DNA from: the human T2T-CHM13v2.0 reference genome, Homo sapiens
Direction: 5' to 3' (one strand)
DNA: 64,000 bases
Assembly: GCF_009914755.1 (NCBI RefSeq)
Contig: NC_060934.1
This document shows, one piece after another, positions 9,998 to 22,542 of this stretch. The position numbers were made by a program, and so were the translations under genes. Under the pieces are notes generated by a model. The model made no database searches and was not told the origin of the DNA. It saw only the letters and a program-made list of their open reading frames with translations. Position 1 is the first letter of the stretch; the number at the start of each line of letters is the position of its first letter.

Positions 9998-12900
9998 GCT
10001 TGTGTGTGATACCATCTGTTAGGGGGAGAACAGCAGGGACTTGAGGGGAGAGGTGAGAGAAGGGAGAGTGAATGCTGTTGGCTGGGGTAAGCACTTTTGG
10101 ATTCAATAAACTGACCAAGAAAGGGTAAGTCACTTCTGGACAGGATTGATGGTGTGAGGAAAATCCCTTTTCCTCCTGTCTTCTGTTTGATGGGCATTAG
10201 CTTCTGACTTTCATCTTCCTCTCTTGCATGTTTCCTCTTTTTCCTCATCTTCTGCCCCATTAAATCTGTTTCCACTCTATCCACTGGGTTTCTGGGTCAT
10301 TTGGAAAGGAGTCCCCTAACTAAGCCAAACCCTCTTGGGGGCATTCTTCTCCTCTCCCCACCTCCTACTTGAAGCATTTGGTTCTTATTCCCCCAGTGAT
10401 GGAGGTAGGAGCTGGATCACTGCCCTGGAGTTGCCACCCTTCCTCAAAAACACCTCTGCAAGGACCCAGGCAGAGGGACCTCCAGCACATTCTAGAATAA
10501 TGCATTTGGATTCCAAACAGGATAACAAAACAGAAATGACTCCCGGGTGTATAAGGTGTGAGGGATAGTGAAGTCTTGAAGCGAAGTTTCCCCTTAGAAG
10601 GAAACTCTCAGTGCCCTTGGGTGGGGGAAGTTCTAGAAGTTGATGCTTGACATTTAGGAGTATCTCCTTCTGGGGTGGGAGCCTGCATTTCCATTTTTAT
10701 TCATCTCGTTCCTCATCCCTTCATTGGGGCCAAGTTGGCATTGCCTTCAGATGCATTCTAATCAAGAAACAGACAAATATATGTTTTATGATCAAATTTC
10801 TTGGAATAAAAATTCAACTATATGATTTTTTTGTTGTTGATTCTATGAGCCTGCCAAGTGTCAGGGCAGCCCTGGTCTAGATTCATTGGAAAGTCTGACT
10901 GGAGGTCACACTGACCCTTTCTCTTTTCCAGACGACCCAGACAGCAGGCTGCTCAAGGGGAAGCCAGGGCTGTCAACCAGGCTTTCCATCTCAGAACCCT
11001 GTATCTGTTTCTCCACAAGAAGTGGGGACCAGCCATCCCTGTAAAGGTGCCAGCTCACTGGCTGAAGGGAATATTATTGATTATAATGTGGAGCCCTAAG
11101 GGCTCTGTCCATGCAGGCTATTTTGTGAGTTAAATTATTCTTCTGCTTGGGAATGATGCAACCAAAGAGAGAATGCGTTTCTTTTGTGGTCTGTGACATG
11201 AACCTTCTTTGAATGCCAGTACTTCAAAGTCATTCTGCCCTCTTCAAGATCAGAGTGATGTTGATAAACCAGACAGTGGAATGAAAGAAAAGTAGTTGGA
11301 GAAGCTCAAAGAAAATTTGGCTTTTGCCTTTTCTTTATTTGCTGTTGGATCCATTTCCCCATTTGGATTTGGGGCCTCAGAAAAGAATTAGTAAGAAAAT
11401 GAAGCTGAAGAGCCCTGAGTTTACAGTGGGAAGCTTATTGCAAGGCCACTCCTAAGCTGAGTAACCCTGGGCAAATTGAATCTCCCTCTTGACCTCAGTT
11501 TCCCCTTTCATAAAGTTGTCTGACATTGTGACTATGTGTGGTGGACTTCCTCCCCATTGGCTTTCCCCCATCCCTCTCTCCCTATTTCTTTACCTTCCCC
11601 ACTTTTTTAATTAGAGGGGAAAGTAGATGAAAAAATAAAATGAAAGGAAAAGCAGAAAATTAGCATTTTCTCAGCTGCACATTTCAGTTATTAATATTGC
11701 AATTTGAGGTAATGAAATTCACAAAATGCAAAAGGTTTAAGGTTTGCCTGGTGGGGTGAACTCAGCCACATGGTATATGGCTTGAATTTCAAGGTGAGGT
11801 TCATTATGCAGAATGCACAATGTGGGCAAGCTAACAACATCATAAACCCTTCACTTTTGCATTTCTTGACTTTAATGTTGCATTACTGTAGGTTTTAGGT
11901 TTTAATATGCTGTATAAATACAGAATACATATTTGTAAGTATAGGCACTGTGAAAGGGAGGATTTTTCTGTTTTAAATCTTGGGCTTTGAAAGCCCAGCT
12001 CTGTTTGCTTTTGGTTGACTTTGTTAGAAAGCAGGTGGGAGAAAGTAGGGCAGGGTGAGTTACCTAGGAACAATCCTCATTTATGCCCAGATCCATTATG
12101 AAAGGCAGAGGCTTGCTTTTTGCCCTCACAGCAGTTTACAGAGGATTTAGTAATGCAGACCAAAGGCTCCTGGGAGGGGAAGCATCAGGATAAAGGAAAG
12201 ATTTAGTTTGGCTCATCCCTGGCACCTGCCCAGGTCGGCCCTGCCCCGGCGCCTCAGCACAGCCCTTCCTCTGCCTCTGGTGATCAGTGCCAGTCCTCTC
12301 GCTTGTTTTCTTTCAGATTCATGATGCTGCACACACTGAGCAGTGGTGAAAATCTCTTGGCAACAGAAAAGATGTGAGTGGCTGTACAGTGTGTCTGTAG
12401 CAGAGAACATAGCAAGTTTCCTTCTTCTAATAGGGATGGTCAGTGAACTATTAGATGCTCTCTTGAGGGAAAATGTTGAGTCCTCATTGCCAAGAACTTT
12501 TCAGGCCCCCAGCCTGCCTGGCCTGTTTTCCTCAATCATCAGAGGCAGCAAAGGGCTTGCTTTTTCCTCCCTTTGGAGTCATCATTTTTCAGCCTCTGTA
12601 CTCACAGTTGTTGGATGGGAGGCCCTTTGTCCATTTGCTAGGTTCCTGATGGTCTTCCCATTGGGCATAGATTGAGGACTGGGTGGAAAGGGCTTGATAT
12701 TGTAGTGAGACTAATATTATTGAAGAGGCAGGCTTGGGCAGAAAGGTAAAACCTGCCTTCTAGAATTCAAAGAGAAGATGCTGTACACCCCAGGATTTCA
12801 TCCCTGAGCTTTCATGCAGGGCTTACAACTTGCACTCAGCACTGCTCTAACCCTCACCATGCCCCAATAGAGTGCATCTCTGCTTCTCAGAATAATGAAT

Positions 12901-13082
12901 GCTCAGAGCCCAGACGGGCCCTCAAGGTAACCCAACTCTTCTCAGTTTATTCCCCAATTAAACCGCCATAAAGACGCATACCTCTCTTAAGGGACTTGGC
13001 ACTGTCTATCTTGCCTTGGAAGTAGTCATATAATCTCCTATCTCCTCTACTTTCCTTGCAGGGAAGATTCTATCGCGTTATA

Positions 13083-13280
13083 GTTCATCCACTCAGCATT
13101 TATCAAGGACCTACTATGTGCTAGACTCTACAAATCTATAACATCCATTTAATAATGCACATGACAATGGTCCCTGACCTCCAGGAGCTCAATCATTGGG
13201 ATGAGTGCCATGATAAACAACCATATGCACAGGGAAGGAGGATTTCTTTCTGCCTCAGGGAGCAGAAACCTTCATGCATG
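13083..13280 (-). mobile_element. L2 LINE fragment
   Basis: cagcatttatcaaggacctactatgtgctag...ggtccctgacctccaggagctca. Confidence 0.6.
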
Positions 13281-15322
13281 AAACATCCAGGGAATGTCAA
13301 ATAGTTTGGTATAACTGTCACATAGGACAAAAAAGTGATTGCAGTTGAGGCCAGGAGGACAAGGAAATCTTTACCTCCTTAACCAGGATTGCAGATTGGC
13401 ATCTGGTGATCTCAGGACTGGATGTAAAGGCCCAAGAAGATTCACATCTGAGGAAAGTCTTCCTGAGACCAAACTCGGACCTCCTAGTGTCTTGCGCCAT
13501 CCCCAGGACATGCAAACTACAGTTAGAATCACTTCGGTCTGTTGTGGTCTACATGCTGGGTTTTGAAAAGCACACATATTCTCCCCTTTCCTGGTACCTT
13601 TCTGAGTTTATCTTAAAACTCAACATCTCCCCCTTTAGTGTCGTTCACATGGATTCAGCCATGGTGTCCTAAAGGCATGTTAAGTTCCCAATATTTTACT
13701 TGGTAAAGGCAGTGTGGTCTGATGTTAATTGCCATGAAAACTTAAGACAACTTCAGGGTGACTGCCACCACTACAAACCTACCAGATGACACATAAGCAT
13801 GTATCTTGGGGCATCTGGGGAAACTAGAAGATACTAAGTTCCTGAAAGGATGAAAGAAGCTCTCTTGAAGGAGGCATAAATGTGGTTCTGGAAGCAAAGA
13901 CTGCTATCTTTTCTGGCCTAATACATCTTAAGTTTCCTCAGAACCCTTCTTCTCCAAAACTGTACTTGGGACCATCATTAAACCACCCTGGGAGACTGTT
14001 TGTGTGAGTATGTACACTAATAGGAAGGAAATTACACTCTCAATGCTGGCATACAGAGGAGTTAGCTGACACATTAGCATCCTGATCTGACATGGCTGTC
14101 AGAAAAATTATCCGTGACCCAGAAGGGGCCACACTAAAGGTGATTTATCCTCTTACTTGGCTTAGCCTGAGCTCTCCCCAGAGAAGGCCATGCCAATTAA
14201 GCAAAAAATAAGGCAAATTGCTTGTGTTGTGGTGCCTGGTGTTGACTGTTCCCCCAGAGAGACCTACAAATTAATTTTCTCATCGTAGCCTAGCTCTACA
14301 ACCGGTTCCAAAATGGAAAACTCAGCAGTTTATTTCCTTAATCTCTTATTCTTTTTTTCATTCACTTCTTTCCCCAAACAAAATTAAATCATTTAACAGT
14401 GATTTTAATAAGCACTAAACAGTGTAATGAACCAGATAATGAAGAAGAACTCATATAATTTTCTTTATCTATTTAGTACTTAATTTATTTTGTATTTTTC
14501 CTTTGCATGCCCCTGCCTGAGAGTTTTTCCAGCGTTAGGATTTTAGATAAATATTTCACTTAGTTTCGTTGAAACCTGGTAAACATCCTAATTTGAAAGC
14601 TGGGTGATATCCCATCCAGACCACCAGTGACACAGTTTCAAAACTCATGACCAGGACACAATGCCCCCTTCTAGGACTGGCTGTCACTCAGGTTCCAATG
14701 AATTCTCTTAAGCCTCAAGCCAATGGGGCCTTCCTCAAGCCAATGCGGCTAAGGAAGCCATGCTGGTTTACACTTGGAGTCTGGACTATGGCTGGAGTGG
14801 AAAGTGTGGCCCATGTTGGACTGGACTCCTCCTGCCTGTGGTTATAATACTGGGTGATAGGGCTCAGACTAGGTTGTGGCAGAAGCAATGGGATCTCAAG
14901 CACAAAGTTCAGGCACTCTTGGCTCCAAAGGGTTCCTCCATGTGCCGTCAAATTATTTGCCATTCTCATAAGATGCTCGTAACTGTTCCATGACCTGTGA
15001 CACATGTATATTGGGTAAATACTTTAGCCAGGTATTTCTTCTTAAATTCCTTCAGTGACTCCCATAGCAGCGATCCAGATGATAGAACAAGCACAGCAGA
15101 CAGATAAGTGGGAGAATTCCATGCTAATAAACACCTTGCCCACATTCCTCATAGCCCATGGAGTGAGGTAGACTAGTCAGCCTGGGAAATTTAGACAGGA
15201 TGAGCACTAAAGAATATATACAACGCCATCTTATTTTTTTCAAGTATGTAGTATCTCTGTTTCACTAAAAAGAAAATACAAGTCTAAATTTTAAACCAAT
15301 CGCCAGGTTTAAAAAACAGAAG

Positions 15323-15365
15323 TGAAGGAAGGAAGGAAAGAAGAAGAGAAGGAAGAGAGGGAAGA
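15323..15365. repeat. GGAA/GAA purine-rich low-complexity tract
   Basis: gaaggaaggaaggaaagaagaagagaaggaagagagggaag. Confidence 0.8.
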
Positions 15366-15689
15366 TAATTAACTTATTTAGTTATATACCAGGACTTTTT
15401 TTTTTCAAGGAAAAATGAGTCTATTACATAGCAGCATTCCTATTTGGAATGTCCTTGAGATGAGGATCCAGACCGAGTCTCCTGAAAACTGTGCAATGCA
15501 CAGTATGAGCAACAGCAATTTGTTCCTCAGAGAGGCAATGTAGGGATGTGTGTGAGAGGAGAAACATAGAATCTACGCAAGAGGAGGACCCTGAGCTCCC
15601 AGACCCTAAGAAGAAGTGTGGACTGGCTTGCAGAGAAATAAAGCTCACCTCTCTCCAAGGTCCTTCATGGAAGCCTTGGGTGGAACAGA

Positions 15690-15862
15690 ATGAGTCTGTA
15701 GGATCTGGCTGGGAATCCTGGCTTGTACATTTCTGGCTAGGAATCCTGGCTCTGCCCTTACTGGCATGGTCATTTCGCAGAGCCTCAGTCTCCTCATCTG
15801 TGCAATAAGCATGATAAAAATTAGTACCTACCACACAGGATTGTTAGAGGATTACTTGACAT
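15690..15862 (+). mobile_element. MIR SINE with a small internal duplication (tctggctRggaatcctggct x2)
   Basis: gagcctcagtctcctcatctgtgcaataag...gtacctaccacacaggattgttagaggatt. Confidence 0.7.
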
Positions 15863-17184
15863 TGAACCTGTAGCCCAAGCTCATAAATGCTGGGAGTCCT
15901 CAAAACCAATGTGGATGTTGGGTGCTTTCTGGGACTCTGAGCCTGTCCTTCTAACCCAACCCCCTTGCTTTTATAAAGCTCACCTCTTCCACTGCAAATT
16001 CCTGATATCCTCAGGTCTGTGCTAACGAAGGGTTTTCTTGAGCAGGGATTGATTAAAATGTAGTAGCATACCCACATTTTGCATCACTGCGTGTGTGACT
16101 AATAGCCATGGAATTCATGCCACAGATAAATAATTGGCCCTTCAGCCATCCTCCATGTCTTCAGAGACATACAACCATGATCTATCATAGCTGTAGACAT
16201 CTCAATGAGCATCATCTCTAGATCATAATAGATCATGTTACATTTGTATATGTTCAGGAACATAATTTACTATTAAATGGGGCCAAGATCAGCACCAAAG
16301 AAATTATCCTTCCATGGAAGAGGACTCTTTGGCTGCATTATATGCACACTGTGGTTTTAAAAATATTAATTATATTGTAAACTAAAGGTTTACTTTATGT
16401 ATCATAAATCTAGATGTCTCTTCTTGCTGTGTGCCCAATAAATATACTTCTCATCAACTTTTAATTATGCTGTTTGCATTATTCTGTCCTGAGGATGAGA
16501 GTACGTGCTAAATCATGGCCTTCTAATGTGGACTACAGCATAAGTTTAGTTAATTAAACCATATATTTTATTAGTTCTTGCACCTCCATCTTGTAAAACT
16601 ATGCATTATTATTATGTTGAAGTGGGAGGGGTCACAAAATAACATAGCAGGGGTGTTTTTATTGTTATTATTATCATTATTTATTCTGGAGATTCAAGTA
16701 ATTTAGGAAAAGTTAAGTTGCTTTATCTCTGCATGTTTCTGCTGCCCTTTGGACTCTGGGCACATTCTCTGTCTGAAGGTAGAGAAGGTGTGGACATATT
16801 GTCAAAAAACCAGGTCACAGTTTTGAGACCAGCTCCAGAGCTGATAGGAGAAACTCAAGAATAAGAGCAGCTCCCCCACATACACACCCACTTAGCTGTT
16901 TTCTTCCTTGACTTTGCGCCTTTCGGCAAGTGGCCTCTGGCATTTAAGACTATTCCTCTGCTCTTTAATTCATGCACAAAATAATAGGAAGTTTGAAATA
17001 GAATAATGGTTGTTTCAAGTTTTAAAGAAGTTGGACATGGTTTCTAGAATGGAAGTCTGAGCCATCCCCTAAGGCAGGCAGCTTGAGAAGGGGCTGGGGC
17101 AATGGAGAGGTTCAAGGCCTTGTTGGGCAGCACTGCAGGTGTGACCCACATTGCAGGCCACACCATGTTGGCAATTGAAATCTT

Positions 17185-17800
17185 GGGAGTCAAAGGAAAT
17201 TGGATTGAAATCTTCCTCTGGCACTTACTAGCCATAACTGCAGAACAGATATGCAGTGATACTAGCCTTGGTTTTCTCATCTAAAAGTGGTGATACGGTT
17301 TGGGTCTGTGTCCCAGCCCAAACCTTATGTCAAATTGTAATCCCCAGTGTTGGTGGTGGGGCCTGGTGGGAGGCGACTGGATCATGGGGGTGGATTTCCC
17401 CTTCCGTGCTGCTCTTATGATTGTGAGTGAGTGCTTGTGAGATCTGGTTGTTTAAAATTATGTAGCACCTCCCCTCTCTCTCTCTTCTTTTTGCTCTGGC
17501 CATGTGAAGATATGTCTGCTTCCCCTTCACCTTTGCCATAACTGTAGGTTTCCTGAGGCCTCCCCAGCCATGCTTCCTGTACAGCCTGTGGGACCGTGAG
17601 CCAACTAAAGCTCTTTTCTTTATTAATTACCTAGTCTCAGGTATTTCTAAAGTAGTGTGAGAACAGACTAATGCAAATGGGGTGCATAAAACTACCCCTT
17701 CAAGGTATTATTAAGGTTGAATGAGATATAATGTAAGCCAAGTAGTTAACACAGTGCTGATAAACAGTGTGTAATAATTGTGGGACCTGTTGCTACTGCT
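17185..17800 (+). mobile_element. MIR SINE split by an MST LTR (halves 17185-17290 and 17676-17800)
   Basis: The MIR core ctcatctgtaaaatgggg is rejoined across the LTR: ...ctcatctaaaagtgg | aatggggtgcataaaactacc... Confidence 0.75.
17291..17675 (+). mobile_element. Solo ERVL-MaLR LTR, MSTA-like
   Basis: Starts TGATACGGTTTGG, ends GAACAGACTAATGCA; MSTA-type body; 5-bp TSD agtgg/aatgg. Confidence 0.9.
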
Positions 17801-20288
17801 TCTGCCATGCCTCTTACTGTTGACATTCACAGTATCTAGCAGGTTTGATGAGTGGACACACAGCTCTGATGGGGGCTGCAAGCCCAGTGGGCCAAATCTG
17901 CAGGGTCGCTCAATGGTTGTACTGCCACATAGCTTGGCCCAAACCACTCTTGAATGAAGCTGACTGGCCTAGTAGCTCAAACTATAGTTCTGGTAAATTT
18001 CTTATGTTCTTTCTTGTGCTAATGTTGATCATTGAGTTGTGTTGTCATGTAGATCTCAACAGTTCCCTCCACCCATCCCTTGGTATTGGTAATAGCTATT
18101 GCCCTGGCTTTCCCATTAGGCCAGGCATCATGAGTGCCCAATGCCTGTGCCTCATGACTCTTCACTGCGCAGACAGAGGGAGTCCTTGCAGATGGATGCA
18201 GGTGACTGCCACCCCCTTTCCATAGAGAGACTGTCCCTAAGGCAAGACTGTCCCTAAGGCATTATGGGACCCCTTTCGGTGCCAACTCCTTTATAAACAA
18301 CTCCCAAGAAATGTACTGGCTTTATCAGCAACTTCATTCTTCTCCCCTTCCCCCCGCCAAAGAATAAATAAAGAGCAGAGGCAAGATCTGTTTTGTTTCA
18401 ACTTTTAAAGGCCTTTGAAGGCACAGCTATTTGAGAACAATAAAAAAAGAAAGCATTTTGTTCTCTTAACTGCTGTTCAGGTGGTGGAGGCCCCCCCACC
18501 GCCCCCATCCTTTCCACAGGGAGGGGAGTGGGAACGTTGTGTTTTATGGTGGCCAAAACCCTTCTCCTGCACCCCCTAGGAGAGCTCTCCAATTGTGCTG
18601 CCCTTCAGGACAGAGTCCACTGTGGAGCTTGTAATAAAACAAAGGCAATGAGTCACAGCAACATGACCAGGGTTGGCTGGAAGAGCCTTTGCTTGCTGCT
18701 GGAGTGTGGGTGGGGACTAGAGGAAGGAACCCCTGGAGGAAGAGTTCTTGCCTATAATGGATCCCATATGCCAAGGGCTGAGTTCTGATATTCTGCAGTC
18801 GCAAAGCACCTAGGCTTTGATTTTTATTTTATTTTGGATGGGTGGAGGGATAGAACCAGTATGTTATGGCCTCAGATCTCAAGTTGACAGTTCAGCATTG
18901 AATAAAGCATTAAACACAAACGTTAATTTTTTCCCCCATGTGCCTGTGTGTGGTCTTACCTCCCCCTTCTGCCTGTGGCTCTCAACTCCCTTTCCTTAAG
19001 ACTTTCTTTATCACTTTTAAAAGTTACAAAGAGTTTTATGCTCTTAATTATGAAAATGCCACACACACCCCCAAACTGAGGTGATTGGAGGGAGGCTGAC
19101 AATTTTCATAACGTATCTCCCTATGGATAGAGTCAAGTGGAAAGGTAGAGGACAGGATGTTGTAGGTTTCAGCAGACTCCAGACCTAAGTGCCAATATTT
19201 CTAGGCCAATCAGGTAAATTGGCCCCATGAACATCTAGTTGGGGTTGTTTTCTGTGCCTTAAGTTTAATATTATAGAATCTTCTCTCCTTTTTGTGGCTA
19301 ATTTGAAGAGAGAAAAGCAAAGAAAGTTTTGTCCAGATCTATCCCACTGACAAATAGAAATCCTCAACTGTTTATAACTCCTGCAGCCCAGCAAGGCCTC
19401 CCCTGGCTTTATAGCTTTATATTTTCAACCTAATGTCAAACTCACACTCTTGCATGAGTCTATGGAACTTCAGTAATAAATGACTGAAAGCTGAACACTT
19501 CAGAGAGAAGGTAAGCTTAAACCATCATAGACTAAAAAGCCTTCCACAATCCCTGCAATGGATGGCAATCCAAGAAGACCCGGATGGAGCGCAGACCTGG
19601 AGCATTTTTCTTTTGATCTGATGGACTCCGTATCTCTGTCAAAACAAGGGGCTTTGCAGGAAGGCAGAAGCCAAACTACATTCCAGATGGAAAGGAAATC
19701 CAAGTGTCACCCGGGATGCTGGTGATCTGGTTTAGTCATTAAGAATGCCACAGCTAACAGAAAGCTTCAATCTGAGCCGTTAAGAATGTACTAGTTTTGC
19801 CTCTCAATCCCTACTGCGGGAGACCCCTGAACCTTTATTTTCCTTCCGAGGCTGTCCTGAGTTTTCTTCTTTAACATTGTCCCTGATTTATGGTATGTCC
19901 ACATTTCCCTGGATAGTACCATCTTTTGAGTTATACATCATCAGAGTGACTCATTCTGATGATGTATGGCCCCAATACATCATCAAAGCTCCTTGCTCTG
20001 CCGTTGCACTAATGATATGTTAGTGTAATACATCACCAGGCTGAGCTGCAGCTGTGATGGATGGAGCTGAGGGTGATGGGAGTCCATAGAGAGGAGGCTG
20101 AGGAGCGGGTTCCGGGTAGGCACAGGAGGAAAATTCTGCAATCCCAAGTCCACCTCCCTTCCTGGCACCAATGCCCATACTGAATTAACACTGTGGCATG
20201 CGTCCTTACAGAAACATGGAAACATACATCATCCTCCAAAGCAGTGTGAACTCAAGGCTCATGTATAGATCATAGACACACTAGAGGT

Positions 20289-20331
20289 TATATATATATA
20301 TATATTATAGTGATATATATATCACTATAAT
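20289..20331. repeat. (TA)n run plus a perfect 28-bp palindrome (20304-20331)
   Basis: ATTATAGTGATATATATATCACTATAAT equals its own reverse complement. Confidence 0.9.
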
Positions 20332-20684
20332 TAAGGGGTAGGAGGACTCAGTTGGATTGAGCTGGGGCAATGAGAAACAAAAAAGCAGCAGAGCTTTGGA
20401 ACAAAAACTTCATCAACAGGAGGGAAGTGAGTGCTCACAAGAGAATGCAGGAATCAGAAATCTACTACCTGCACTCATAATTCTCCAAAAGAATTGTAAT
20501 AGAAATGCTCTGGAGGTTTCTTAGCTGCTTTTCTCTCAGACCACCTTTTTATCAATGCTTGTGCCTGCCCAGAGCTTCTGACTAGCTGGGAACATTCACC
20601 CTAAGGGAACTTTGACTTATGAATATTTGTTGGCGGACAGATCCACGTGCTAGACCAAACCCATATCTACATAAATTAATAGCT

Positions 20685-20856
20685 GGGACTTAGTTTCCTA
20701 ATCTGAAAATTGAGATAATAATATAAATTATAGTATATAAATAATAGTAATATAAATATATATCACCTCGTAGCATTAGTATGAGTATTATGAGAGTTAA
20801 TAGTTATAAAGTACCTAGAATGAAATATGAAATAAACACTCAATGTTAGCCATTAC
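20685..20856 (+). mobile_element. MIR SINE with AT-rich expansion
   Basis: cttagtttcctaatctgaaaattgagataata...aaagtacctagaa...cactcaatgttagccattac. Confidence 0.6.
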
Positions 20857-20877
20857 AACAACAATTTCAGCTATCTC

Positions 20878-20972
20878 TATTACTGCTACTGCTACAGCTA
20901 CTACTGCCACCATCCTCACTACTGCTGGTGCTGATACTGCTACTACTGCTGCTGCTGCCACTACTACCAGTA
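20878..20972. repeat. Degenerate (CTA/CTG)n trinucleotide repeat at the MIR tail
   Basis: tactgctactgctacagctactactgcc...tactactgctgctgctgccactactacc. Confidence 0.8.
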
Positions 20973-21212
20973 CCCATGAGGCTCTCTTTAAAATTATATG
21001 CCTAATACCTTCTCCCCCGCCAAAATTCTGCATGTTCTATCTCTTATTTGGAAGTTGTCAAGGCACATTAGTACATTAAATCATACTGAGAGATTCCACA
21101 ATTAAAAAAAAAAAACAAATTACCACTTCCAATTCCAGTGTACTATTGACTGGGTACTCTGACAAGTTTACTTGCTAAAATACACCTAGAATTGGAGAAA
21201 TTTACACATATA

Positions 21213-22043
21213 CTTTTTTATTGAGGTGAGGTTTATGTCACGTAAAATTAAGCAGGCTATAGTATACAATTCAGTGACATTTTGTATATTCCCAATGTCC
21301 TGCAACCACATCTATCTAGTTCCAAATTTTTATCAAACTGAAAGAAAATCCTGTACTCATTAAGCAGTCACTCCTCATTCTCCACTCCCCTCCACCCCTG
21401 GCAACCACCAATATGTTTTATGTTTTTATGGATTTAACTAACCTGGATATTTCACATATATGGACTCATACCGTATGTGATATTTAGTGTCTGGCTGCTT
21501 TCACTTAGCATATGTTTTTGAGATGCATCTACACTGTTGTATGTATCAGTACTTCATTTCTTTTATAGCTGATTAATATTCCAATTGTGTATATTTACAG
21601 ACCACATTTTGCTTATCCATTTGTCTGTTGATGGACATTTGGTTACTACCTTTTATCTGCTATGAATAGTGCTGCTATGAATTTGTGTACAAGCAGGTGT
21701 TTGAGTACCCGTTTTCAGTTCTTCGGAGGATATACCTAGGAATAGAATTGCTGGGTCAAATAATAATTCTAGGCTTACCTTTTTAGGAACTACCAAAATA
21801 TTTTCCACATTAATTTGAAACATTTTACATTCCCAATAGAAATGTATATGGTTCCAATTTCTCCACATCATCACTGACATTTGTTGTTTTCATTTTTATT
21901 TTTATTATAGCCATCCTAATAGATGTGAAGTAGTATTTCATAGTGATTTTGTTTTTCATTGGTCAATGACAGCTGATCACCTTTTTATGTGATTTTTGGC
22001 CATTTGTATTCCTTCTTTGGAGATACATCTATTCAAGTTCTTC
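21213..22043 (-). mobile_element. L1MB-type LINE-1 3' end
   Basis: tttttattgagg...cattaagcagtcactcctcattc...ccctggcaaccaccaat; ORF 21653-21880(-) is a decayed ORF2 C-terminus (FDPAILFLGI). Confidence 0.85.
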
Positions 22044-22059
22044 TACAAAACACTAAATC

Positions 22060-22397
22060 ACAGTTTAGCACAGTCCTTTGCTACTTTATAACAAGGATTG
22101 GCTTCCTAGTTTCCAATGGCATGTTTCTCATTTCTGTATGAGAGGTCAGAAGAATAGCCCTTAAAATCTATATTTCTACCATCATTTTGTTCCTGATTAT
22201 TAATGTATTCTTTAAGAACATAGGAATGTTCTCTTCAGCTCTCCTATTTTCTTTCTGAGTTCTGAGCTCTAAACAGAATTGTCCTTAAAGTTTGTATTTG
22301 CAGCATGTACCTCAAAACCCTAATTTTTACACAGTGACAAAGTCAATACCATACTTTTAGGTTTTTATTACAGCAGCACCCCCAAAATCTGTTTTAG
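22060..22397 (-). mobile_element. MaLR internal region (MLT1/MST-int) 5' end
   Basis: ctactttataacaaggat...tttccaat...cagcagcacccc...tctgttttag matches the reverse strand of the MaLR int/LTR boundary. Confidence 0.65.
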
Positions 22398-22542
22398 AAG
22401 GTGCTTGCTTCTCCCTTATGTTTCTGCCATAATTGTATGTTTCCTGAGGCCTTCCCAACCGTGCTTCCTGTACAGCTTGTGGAACTGTGAGTCAAGTAAA
22501 CCTCTTTTCTTCATAAATGACCCAGTCTCAGGTAGTGCTATA
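22398..22542 (+). mobile_element. THE1 (THE1D-like) LTR 3' fragment
   Basis: ttcctgaggccttcccaaccgtgcttcctgtacagcttgtggaactgtgagtcaagtaaacctcttttcttcataaatgacccagtctcaggtagt. Confidence 0.8.

Noticed and set aside
20815-21079. Thr/Ala-rich mucin-like and Val/Ala-rich membrane-like ORFs
   Set aside because: Product of a trinucleotide repeat at a MIR tail.
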